Assembly: GCA_051294905.1 (NCBI GenBank)
Contig: CM119371.1
Span: 17,112,001 to 17,176,000, forward strand
Source: Botryllus schlosseri
Lineage: Eukaryota
Direction of reading: 5' to 3'
DNA: 64,000 bases
The notes under the pieces are model-generated. The model had not been told where the DNA came from and did not search any database. It was given only the letters and a program-made list of their open reading frames with translations. Both the position numbers and the translations under genes were made by a program. Within the stretch, counting starts at the first letter, position 1, and the number at the start of each line of letters is the position of its first letter. This document shows positions 46,665 through 57,800 of the stretch, in pieces.

Positions 46665-49600
46665 GTAATTCTGACAACGTTTCCGTTATGCAACATCGCC
46701 ATTCTTCCTAGATGAGTCACATTGAAAAAGTTTTTAATTTACGCAGCATATGTTACAAGCCAAGTGAATGCCTTGACGCTAATAGAGAAATGACCTGTAG
46801 CACAAACGGATAATGCCCTTGTTTTAAACATGAATTGTCGGGGTTATGTGATGTGTGCATTAGACACTGGAAAATTTTATTCTTTAACCACGATCGAAAT
46901 CGATTACCTTCAAAGAATATCGAACGTGATCGTTATAGTAAATAATTGATTATTTTGCAATTCTAAGTTCTTTGTATAGTATTGTGATTTTCAACCTTTT
47001 TGAGCTCCATTCGCACTTTTTTTTGAAAAATAATTTCATTCGCACCAGTCAGCCGAAATTTAGTACACGAAAAAAAAATCAAGAAACTTATCACTTTTGT
47101 ATTCGAAGAGCTTCTTGGAGGAACAGAGCTGCATTATTGTGCATTCAGCGTATCGTATTATTGACTAATCAAGCACTAAAATCCCTGCAGTAGAATAATC
47201 ACAGATATCACACTCCCGTTGTTCTCAAGAAGTTCGTTGCATTTCCGGGGGTATCGTGCAGTGATTTCCTTGAAAACTCAAGAGGATTTTGCCTCCATTT
47301 TCGGGTTTTTGCAAAAGTCCTCCGAGGACGCCTAAATGTCCTCCTTTTTGAGATTTGTCCTCTTTTTTAGGACTTTTGGTCAAATTTATAGCAAATTCGA
47401 CTGAGATGCCCTAAATCAGCTCCGGTGGCTATTTCGGGAGCTGAGCGAAAGTTGACCGTTTTTTTGTTATTTTAGTCAACTGACTACGAAGTGGTAAAAA
47501 TGTACCACTTTTTCAGAATTTTTCACTGATATTCTGTGTTCGAAAATTTTGAAATAGTGTCGTCCTTTCCCGATTCCAAAATATGGTAACCCTAATGTTA
47601 GACCAGGGGCGGGCAACATACGGCCCGCGACGGCATTTCGTCTGGCCCTCGGACAGTTTCCCGTTTTATAGGATAATGTGGCCCGCGGCCCAAGTCTGCC
47701 GAAATTCTCCACTACTTGCTTAACGTCAATATGTATTAGTGACTGTATGTTATTATATACGTGTGTGCGCTGCGTGCGAAAGTGGAGCTTCCGCGCAAGT
47801 TCGTCGGAGCGAGACTCATTGCTCATTGCTCATCTGCTCAAGCTAAACCGGTAGAGTTCAGAGTATTACAAAGTTTGTAGTACAAAGGCGGTACGAACAC
47901 GAAGTAGGCAAACTTTTCCTATGGATCGGCAAACTTAGTGGAATCACCAATATGTTATATATAGGCCTATGCCTTTACGATCTAGACATGGCGTGAGATC
48001 ATCAGTCAGGAAAGCGTGTCTAAGCCTAAATTGTGGAGTTCGCATTACAAACAGGCCTTAGCACTGGTCTCTCTGGCCACTAATCCTTGGTTAGGTACAC
48101 GAGTAAACAACACTTCTTATAGATCTAATGTGATAATTGTTATAGTTGAAGAAACGCTAAATTATGCTGTTAACCAACATGAATGTGTGCCAAAATTCTA
48201 ATATTTTGCATTCAAATATGCCAAATGTCAACACTGGTATCAACTACTATTACCTACATTCATACAAGGCCCGTATACAATATCCATACACGGTGGATGT
48301 TTCCGAGCAAATGAGCAACTGATACCAATTCAACTCCTTCTTTTTTCCATGCAGTGATGTAATCCTCTCGTGCGGAATTATTATCTCAAACTTTGCATTA
48401 TACACGCATCGGGAACGTTCCTCACTTCTGAACTAGAAAAGCCTATAGTTACCAACAAGTTTTTAGAATTGCTTCCAAACGACAAAATTTACGGGCTCAC
48501 TGTACTTCTATCGTGTTTATTTGAATTTTTCCACGTCGGAAAATGTGGGAAACTTGAACAATTTTCATTCGCACTCATCCGGATTTTTCATTCGCACCAC
48601 GCTCGTCATTCGCATTGCAATGTTTTTCATTCGCACTAGTGCGAACCGTCACACGGGTTGAAAAGCACTGGTATAGTAGAAACGGTCGGATTCCTCTGTT
48701 CATTATTACATCACAAGCATTAGCTGTTCTCGTCATTGCGTTGTGGATAGGGTGATTGTTTTTGACATGCCAAAAGAAGTCAAAAATTTGTCCAAATTGT
48801 AGCGTTAGGCACAATGGTGCCAGTCAAAATCATTTTGAAATCTTTTGTCTTGATGTCGTACAAGGCGCACCGTCTCCAAACTCATTTTACATTTTATTCC
48901 TTTTACTCTCTACTAAATACTTTCGTAGAAGGTAAATTGTCAACTTACTGTGAATCAGAAATCGTTAAGTCAAATAACTAGAGTGATATGCTGTGATGAT
49001 CAACACGCCTCGAAACCTATACTTCCTAATTCACTTTGCGGAGGCGATGTGTTGGTAAAACGAGCGAAATCTCGACTATCAATCAGCCTATCAAAATAAT
49101 TAGAGCTTCCAGTAAACGATTGACTCTGAAACTGAAACAAATTCGCGGGTCTTATATAAAAAATTCAATGATGAACAACTGAGACTGACATCGTCAGTGA
49201 TAATCAACAGATTGTGTCAGCAGCAATATACACCACAATATACTTCAGTGCTGCCATTCAACAACTTGTATTTTTCAGCCTTCCTTTTCCATTCTGGGCA
49301 AGCCATTTGTTAAGGTCTGATATTTCGTACCATTTTCAATACCTCACAACTTTGTGTTTTTTTTTAATCGATTAAACTTAAATAAATTCTTGAATGACTC
49401 ACTGCAAGAAAATGTAGCAAAGTAGGCCCATCTCCAGCTGTCTAGTTGCACCGCGATAAATAACCAATTTTTTTACAAGATTGTGTTAAATTACTTCATC
49501 ATAAGTCAAAATTAGGCCAACAATATTATTTTCAAGATTTTAAGATTTCAGATCAAATTTTTCGTTTTCTAGGTCAAATAATAATCACCTGAGTAATGAG

Positions 49601-49670
49601 TTATTCACATATAGTCCGTATATATCGAGATTTCGATGGAGAACTACTATACCCTCTGCCTGGTCCTCAA

Positions 49671-50162
49671 TAGGGCCGGGCATAATGATTCGAGTACTCG
49701 AATCTAAATCGGGTATTAATTTTAATGATTCGATTCGAATCGAGTAGTAAAAGACGAATTTTTCGAGTACTAAAATTATACTCTTCTCGCCACTAAAAGT
49801 TAATTTACCAACGAGATTTGTAGTTTCGATACTAATTTCCACTGTTGAGGCATCTAAACCGTGATAGGCCGTACCGTAGCACACAATACATAATACAGAG
49901 CTACGAACGTTAGTGGAAGTAACACATGTCTGTAGTCATGGTCATTGCACAACATTGTCACCGAGTGCAATGAAATCGACCTTGTCCAAAAATACCCAAG
50001 TATCTTTATTGTATTTAATTTCATGTGGTGGCATAAAAGGTACACGTTTGTACTTTGACACACTACATTAGGTTATGACGTCATTACGAGTGATACTCGA
50101 CTCGAAGCCGAATACGCTATTCAGAATCGAATCACTCGGGTACTCGATTTTGTCCAGCCCTA
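49671..50162 (-). mobile_element. hAT MITE, same family as 29311-29826, opposite orientation
   Basis: TAGGGCCGGGCA...TGTCCAGCCCTA. TSD gtcctcaa/gtcctaaa (7/8). Confidence 0.85.
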
Positions 50163-50249
50163 GTCCTAAATTATTGATGTTTGATGGATGACTTGATATG
50201 TGCTAAACCTAATTTGAATATTTCTGCTGGTCGAGAAATATGTACATAA

Positions 50250-50528
50250 GTGGCGGGATAGCGCAGTGGTATAATCCGCTGCTGCAACACCAATGGGTGC
50301 GGGCTCGAGTCCGGCCGAGGTCGACTTCCGAATTCCGATACCTAAGTGTTGGAGGTTTACCTAGGCTCCTCCTCGCCACCTCGTCCGCGCCAGCGGTGAC
50401 TTACAAAAGCCTAAAGGTGGGCCGTGCTATAAGTCGGCAGTTACGGAAAATATGAAGAATGTCGGCCTGGTGTAAATGACCATAGCAGTCGACAAACACC
50501 ATGAATACCCCCCAAAACAAACAAACAA
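50250..50528 (+). mobile_element. tRNA-derived SINE (tRNA-Cys-like head)
   Basis: A box TAGCGCAGTGG, GCA-containing loop CTGCAAC, B box GGCTCGAGTCC, non-tRNA body, (CAAA)n tail, flanking duplication ATGTACAT at 50240 and 50529. Head fragments also at about 23140-23190 and 42371-42405. Confidence 0.85.
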
Positions 50529-50671
50529 ATGTACATGAGGATTGTTCAAAATTTGAAGAATTTCAAAATAACAATAACGCAAAGGGCAGAATATATTATA
50601 ATAGAAAATCATCCATTACATTCAGTCTGACTGTATCCCATTATCCTAACTAGTTTTTTCTATTGATACAG

Positions 50672-50857
50672 ATCGATCGCGTCGCTGTTGGTACCTTTCG
50701 CGTTGATGGGTTAGTGGAGTTTGCAGTAGACATTCAAGTGAAGAAAATCTACGTTAGAGCTGACTGTAGTGAAGAGGAGGAATTGAATTTGGACAGTTCT
50801 ACATCATTACACTTCTTGCCGACGAAGGAATGGGATATAAGATTTACGAAAAATTGA
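50672..50857 (+). CDS. Orphan phase-0 terminal exon (candidate alternative last exon of the NLR gene)
   Basis: Pyrimidine tract then acag|IDRVAVGTFRVDGLVEFAVDIQVKKIYVRADCSEEEELNLDSSTSLHFLPTKEWDIRFTKN*. IDR start as in the exon at 20506, and in phase with 46664. No AATAAA seen close by. Confidence 0.5.
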   Translation: MDRVAVGTFRVDGLVEFAVDIQVKKIYVRADCSEEEELNLDSSTSLHFLPTKEWDIRFTKN

Positions 50858-51774
50858 TTGAATCAATGTTATAAGAAGTATCATGATTTACAACGAAATA
50901 TGCAAAAACAATTTGACATATTTCGAATGATCGTAGAGCTAATTCTATTGATGGACCAACTTTTATGTATCGCGTATGGTGTACTTGTTTACGCTCATTG
51001 CTATGACTCTGCTTGCTGCATCTCATCGATTAGTTCGGAGGTCTCAAACAGACGGCCCGCGTCGGCATTTTGGATTTTCAAGTATAGACATTATTTACCC
51101 GCCAGATATCTTTTTTTAGATTTGAGAGCTTGTAATTCACTCCAAAACTGTCCCAAAACCAGAACTTTTCGTCAAACTTCAATATTGCACCACTTTCAAA
51201 CGCAGTGGCAGACCAGCTATTATGTCACATTACCTGTTCACGATGATAAAACATGACCTGTTGAAATGATTTGTGACTGAAAATTGTGATTTCTACACAT
51301 CCGTGTCCTTCCGTAGAAATACTTGTACTCGGGATGACTATGGAGTAGGGGAGACCGTTGACAATTGTAACACTTTTTGGATTTTCCAACATTACGTGTT
51401 GTTCTCATGGAAATTTCATTTCCAAAGTTTTATATAAGGAAGCCAGCAACTCGATAGTTTATATAGAAACTAAAATGGAACTCAATCAACACTCAATCGT
51501 GGAAATTTTGGGTCGCGAAAATCGCCGCTCAAATGTTACAATCGCCCCGTACCCAGGGGCAATTGTACCACCAATGCGAGGCAATTATAACAGTGTTATT
51601 TATAAGTGAAAACAAACAAAATGAACAACGAAAATGGGACCACAACTTGTATTATTGCATCAAACTAAAGAAATGAAAGTTAGAACGCTTCCAGGCTACG
51701 CCCCATAGCATTTTGGCATTTAAATACAATACCACCCTTCATGAGCTCAAAGTGTACAAGAACCACATTCATTC

Positions 51775-52440
51775 TGTTATGTTCTTGATCTTGTTTGAAC
51801 AATAACTCAATACGACGAGGTTGCAATAAGAAATCAGTATATTATACAACATAATAACTTCAGGCAGCGACACGATCCAGAGTGCAGTTAAACGAAAGAC
51901 AACGAGACAACAGAACACAGGGTATAAATACAAGCACGACACAGGAGGAAATAATGATTGGCGGTAATTACTAGTCCTATAGAAATTAGGAGTTGAACAA
52001 CACTGAACGTAAATGCACGAACATAACAGTCCTCCCCTGTAAGTTGAAGGGATGCCCACATTTACGTAGGTCTATAAAAATCCGGGGGTTTCCTATTCCT
52101 AAGAGGATAACGTCTACCCGACGTACGGGCAGGACTAGCTGCAGGACCTTGTGTCCTGTTCCTAACCAATGGTTGCTCAGCTTGTGACTGTTGAGGCTGA
52201 ACAACTTCCTGTGTGGCTGTATTATTGCCAGCTGAAATCAAGCGTGGTTGGAGTTGGTTCTTGTGCCTTCTCCAATACCCATGATCTGTTTTTATAATGT
52301 ACATAACATGCCCCAGTATTTCCGTCACCATGCCAGCAACCCACTTTGGTCCGCTTCGGTAACTGCGAGCGTAAACCGAGGAACCAATCTCGAAATGAGT
52401 GACTGATTGTCCAGGCGTAACCGGTTTTGATTTGTCGAAG
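51775..52440 (-). mobile_element. 3' end of a Gypsy LTR retrotransposon (integrase C-terminus, PPT, 3' LTR)
   Basis: FEIGSSVYARSYRSGPKWVAGMVTEILGHVMYIIKTDHGYWRRHKNQL...RRYPLRNRKPPDFY, then PPT AGGGGAGGAC and a 254-bp LTR (52028-51775). Confidence 0.9.
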
Positions 52441-52459
52441 GGCGAGCAGTTGTTTTCAA

Positions 52460-52860
52460 AAATTAGATTAGAATTAGAATAATTACTACAGTATTTTTTC
52501 CGAATTAGAGTAGAATCCGAATTATAGCTAGTTTTAATTTTAAAATTAGAGTCGAATTAGAATTACAGCTACAGTTGTTTTCTAAATTAGATTCGATTGA
52601 GAGCAAAGAAACATTTCATCATTAAGAGTATCACCAGAATTATAGTAGCACAGTTCTTTTTACAAATTATAGTGGAATTGGATTGATAGCTACACTGTTT
52701 TTCCAAATTAGAGTACAATTAGAATTATAGGTTCAGTTGTTTTCACAAATTAGATTCGAATGAGAGAGACGAAGCACTTCAAAACTTAGATTACAATAAG
52801 AAATTTAGCTACACAGTTTTTCACTAATTAGACAGATAGACCACAACAAGATTGTGTAGC
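52460..52860 (+). repeat. Degenerate minisatellite (AAATTAGA.TCGAATTAGAATTA.AGCTACA core, about 45-55 bp)
   Basis: About 7-8 diverged recurrences of aaattaga...gaattag...gctaca. Confidence 0.7.
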
Positions 52861-53341
52861 TGTCCAAGTCAGTAAACGATATCAAAATCATCACTTGGAT
52901 TTCTGAAATCTGCTCATAAAACAGAGAAGCTTGTTTGATTGAAACCCAAAATTTTTGTCTCCAATCAGGACATACTGTAAAAATGACAGTATCTGGAAAA
53001 CTTTTGGATATGCGAGGTCCCAAACATAATAACACGCGAGAAGATCAAGTACTATCTCAAATAGTTCCGCTTTAGTGTGAGAAAATCCCTCTATGCGGAT
53101 GCCATTCGCAACGATCCATGACTGCAGGTCACCATTTTCATGATGCGCTAGTACGAGATGTGGGGGACTCAGCTATGTGGATGTTAATTCGAGGGAATGG
53201 GCCTGGAATTAAACAAGATATGTTAATTAAAATTATATTTCCAATAATCCATGTGTGAAAGCACAAGATTTAGATTAGGTATAGAAATGCTTTTATGGGA
53301 CTTCTCCATAATGGATATGTAATAAAAATACAGCTGAAGGG

Positions 53342-54202
53342 TAGGGATGGTGTGAACGTGAGGTTCACGTTCGCGTTCTGGGTGTGAACCTCCGAAATTT
53401 AGAGGTTCACGTTCACAAACGAACCTTGGTAGGTTCTGCACTGTGAACCTTTTTCATATATTACAATTTTAACTTCATTATAACATCTTTGGTTGAAATT
53501 TATTGCATTTCAACTGCGGGCCACTCTATGCATGGCGTTGGCAACATTAAAAAATCAACACTATACGAGCATGCACCTTGGCAATCTGAGAAATTTTACT
53601 TGCTTTGTTACAAAAGTTGGCTCGAAATATACGGGATCAATCTTGATTTCATTATGTTTATTGTATCATAAAACCCAAATCCATTCGATTGCGGCGTTGG
53701 CTACTGCTGTATAACTTGTTAATGGGGTATTATCGGTAGCGAGTATAGAAACCCGTGTTTTACACTCCGCTCAATATCAACGTCGCAGGGGCCTGCGATA
53801 TTCGTATGCTCCGATGTAGCAGTACTCAGACGCCGAATACATTGTCCGGTCTGGTTTATACACCGTTAAGGCGTAAGCTTATATTCCGTTGCAAATCCGC
53901 GTCGGAATTGTTGGCAAAGCGACGGAAGATCTTTATTTTATTGGATAATTATATCATGTGATTGCCCCAGTTGATACATTTGACGACTTTTAAATCGTCA
54001 ATATGTACTTCAGCATTGTGGCATTATGCGGGGCGAGTCGTGGGTTGGTATCGTGACTATCACTTCACTGAAATGTAGGGTTGGAATTAGCAATATGACG
54101 TCATGTGACGTCATGAGGTTCACGTTCGCGTTCACACAGAACCTTTCAAAAAGGTTCGCGTTCACACGAACCTGAACCTTTCAGAGGTTCACACCATCCC
54201 TA
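53342..54202 (+). mobile_element. Full-length hAT MITE (TAGGGATGGTGTGAAC termini)
   Basis: TAGGGATGGTGTGAAC...GTTCACACCATCCCTA with perfect 8-bp TSD CTGAAGGG. Partial copies at about 985-1532, 21750-21990, 30045-30100 and 46350-46460. Confidence 0.9.
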
Positions 54203-54879
54203 CTGAAGGGTCAACATAGTTTAACAAGCTCAACTCATGGAAACAAGTGATCGCAAATTCTGTCGTCACGGTATGCTATCTAATCGTTGACATGTATGGG
54301 TTCTTCCACGTAATCAGATATCTTCTGTAAATGAGTACTTGAACATATGAAGTTCTGATTACTGTCGATGGTAAACCATAACTAGTAAATTTACTAAGAT
54401 TTAATGATCCATTCAGATTTGATCAGTATACTATCATACAGATACCTTTTGGAACGGCAAAAGTAGTATGTTCACATTCACTTATTCTATGCTCTATATC
54501 AGTGGTTCCCAACCGTTTTCCACCCACATACCACTTCGAGGTTTTATTAGGTGCTCGCCTACTACCTACATATTTACGCACGCCGTAGGCGGTCAAAATG
54601 TTTTCACTGTTTATGACATCATACTCACGTATTTGAGCTTTGTGAGGTGCGATAACTAGGGCGAGGTTTTTACCTAAAATCGGAGGATTTTGACCTAAAA
54701 AAACTTGATTTTGACCAATTTTTGACATCATGTACGCCAATTAGGCGTTTTCGCACATAATGTTATATTCATTCTTGGTAGGGAGTGGGACTGTCTGTCC
54801 TTGACCAAAAACTGACAAATTTTGACATGAAAAAACTTTATTTTAACGATATCTGGCCCAGTAGTTACACCACATATTA

Positions 54880-57800
54880 TGGTAGAGGTAATTAAAATTT
54901 GTTGTACATTCACGGGTAAAAAGTGTTTGTCTTTACTAAGTAGCTTGCGAAGAATGGAGAAATACCATTTAACAGCAGTAGTTGTTGGCTGGCAACACTG
55001 AAGCTGTGCGTACACTGCTGGTGACACAACATGTTGCTTCATACTGTCAATGTTGTCATGCATCACAATTCTTCATTATGCGCTTCTTGATAAAATAACC
55101 ATGCAATGTCAAGCAGTCTTGCTTCAGTTAGGATATTGCGGTACGTTGAGCATAACACCATGTCAATTGTCAACCTATTTGATTCGTGTAACAGTTTATG
55201 ATCCACGATGAGCAGACAATGGGCCGCCTACAATGGTAGGCCTATAAAGTGGGCTACAAGCTGGAAAACGCTCAATTGTATAAAGCAAAATCGCCCTAGT
55301 AATAACAAATATTAAAGTAGGCATTATCAGCACGGGTTGATGAGATGCATGGAATTTTTTTTTCACCACTCGTCAAATAAATTCAAAATCAAACCCATTA
55401 AGCTGATAACTTCCTTCGGTCGAAAAAACACTGAATGTACTCGCGTACCACCTGGAAGACCCTCGCGTGCCACTAGGGGTACGCGTACTACAGGTTGAGA
55501 ACCACTGGTCTATATCCATGGTAGCCAGCATCATGGACACAAAATTCAGGACTACCGTACCAAAAATTGCATCAGCAGCAGAAAAGATTTTTCTTATCTT
55601 CCTTATCAAAAATATGATGTAATTCAAAAATATTTAATAATCATTTATTGTTCGGAAGCCTTTTTTAAGTTCGAGTGTATTTATTGCACCGTCTCACGCA
55701 TAGTCAATCTAAACATAGGCATATTTTCAGCACCCAAAAACAATTATGCCACATTTTTGCGGCTAAATGTGAACTCAGCAGACCCCGAATTAGAACTAAC
55801 TCTACATGTGCCCATGTTAATCCACCAAATTTTCAGACAACTAGCGGTACTTTTGTGACGGTCTGTAAAGTTCGAACTTGTGCCAGATCCTGCCATGTAA
55901 AACGTTTGAGATGTTACGGAAAACGCCGAACAATGCTTGCTGAAAATCAGGACAAGAGTTAATATCAGTACAAATTAAGACGTTATGGTAAATATATGTT
56001 CATTGTTCACACAGTACCAGGTTAAGCAAGCCGCAAATCTTACAACCTACCTGATAAAGCCTAATCGCCCTCAAATCATGCTGTGCCCTGATTCTCTTTT
56101 CAGTTAACGCGTTTTGTAACTCCATCAGGAGCATAACCTCATCGGCCTTTTCTCCCTACAAATGAATACAATCATATTAGCCATGTAGAAGATTTGGTGA
56201 AGGACTTTCCAGGTATTGCATTTCGGTTAATATGATGGCAAGAGTTGTGCCGCAACAATATTTAATATATACAATATAAAATTGCAACAAAAATTAACGC
56301 GACTATCATAACTAATATGCATTCTAGTATAGTTCATTATTACAAACCTCTTCATCTGTCTCTACTCCAAATATTTTGTCAAGAGTAGTAAGCATCTCTT
56401 CTACACTCCTCGGAACGAGCATTTGAAACTCCGCTCTGATCTATTACAAAAGTAAAGCATTACTATAGAAGCGACTAGTAGTGAGCAGAGCATGCATACA
56501 CACTTCTATAGGTTATATAGAGGGATTTGATAAAAATACAACAAGATTTATTTCACTAGATGATGATAATAATAATAATGATACTCACCAGTTTAATGAA
56601 GGATAGTAATAATGTAAACCAAAAATACATTATTATTCTTAGATTATATATATATTAATTTTGCTTACACATCTGGGCACTTTTGTTTTGGTCATTATCA
56701 AGGCTAAAATAGCGAATGGATCTTCAACGAATAAATTATGAAAACTAACCAGTCTGATGTCCTTCAGCATAGGAAAGCTCTTCAATATTTCAGGAACACT
56801 TCCGAATTCAAGCAACTTGAATTGGTTGCGTCGATCTTGATGAGTGTACTTCATCAGACAAAGGAGATTTGACCAACTGGCATCAGGTCTTTTTAATTCA
56901 GCTTCCAACTTCACCTTTGCTTCTTCGGGGGTCAAAGAAGGATAAGCTTCTGAATTGCACACAAATTATCAACGATGAAAAAGGACTAATAACCATGTAA
57001 ACAACCTGATGTGCTTGAACACAATTTTGGTGAACTCAAGCATGAAGACTCGCCAGACGCTTTTGCCTTTTGTCGGAGATTCCTCAACTTTTGTGATAGT
57101 TTTTTAGAGAAGTAATACTGAAAATCATTTGATCACCAATTTACTTGTTGCAAAATATACCGAACTCTGTCAACTCACCGAAGGATGTTTTCCGTCAATA
57201 TCAACCTTAATGCACGGATATCTCTCGCACATAGCCCGAGAAAAATTAGAGTAGTCTGTTTTCTTTGTCATGTCCCCATTTCGAAGAACATGATATGCAG
57301 ATTCCTCAACAAGTCTATTTTCGAGAGTGAAAATAGAGTTTGATTGAAGAGCTGTTCGCACTTTATCACTAAATGATGGCAACGGCATCATTCTTCTGCG
57401 TCGGGTATATTCAAACGGTGTAATGCTTCTCTCGTCTGCATCAATCTGAATAGTCAACATACTGGATTTCAACAAATCCCGATTATTCCAAATGGAATAA
57501 CTTACACATGTCGAAGACATAGCAGAGACATCGCTCTGAGTAACTTTCTCCACAATCTTCTTCTGTAATGGGAGCTGCAAAATACAAATAGTTGAAGATT
57601 TGAAAATGCATGGTTTAATGACAAAAATTTTACATGTTCAACGGCAGAGCAATCTTGAAAAGGTGTTTCATTTTCGTTGCCATCTTCTAACTCCGTCATT
57701 TCGCAAGAAATTACAGTTTGTGATACATCCAAAGATATAGGGATGTCATTATCAGCATTGGTTTATTGAAGGGTTTTCCAAGTCTTGAGAACAAATAGAT

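Noticed and set aside
50250-50325. tRNA-Cys gene
   Set aside because: The cloverleaf is imperfect, and the head runs into a non-tRNA body, a (CAAA)n tail and a flanking duplication; it is a SINE.
54500-55507. Single hAT element (CAGTGGTTCCC...GAGAACCACTG, flanks ctctatat/gtctatat) that captured SAM-gene exons
   Set aside because: The enclosed exon remnants are collinear with the rest of the SAM gene and the two ends resemble different MITE subfamilies. The similar flanks are explained by a shared TCTATA-like target preference.
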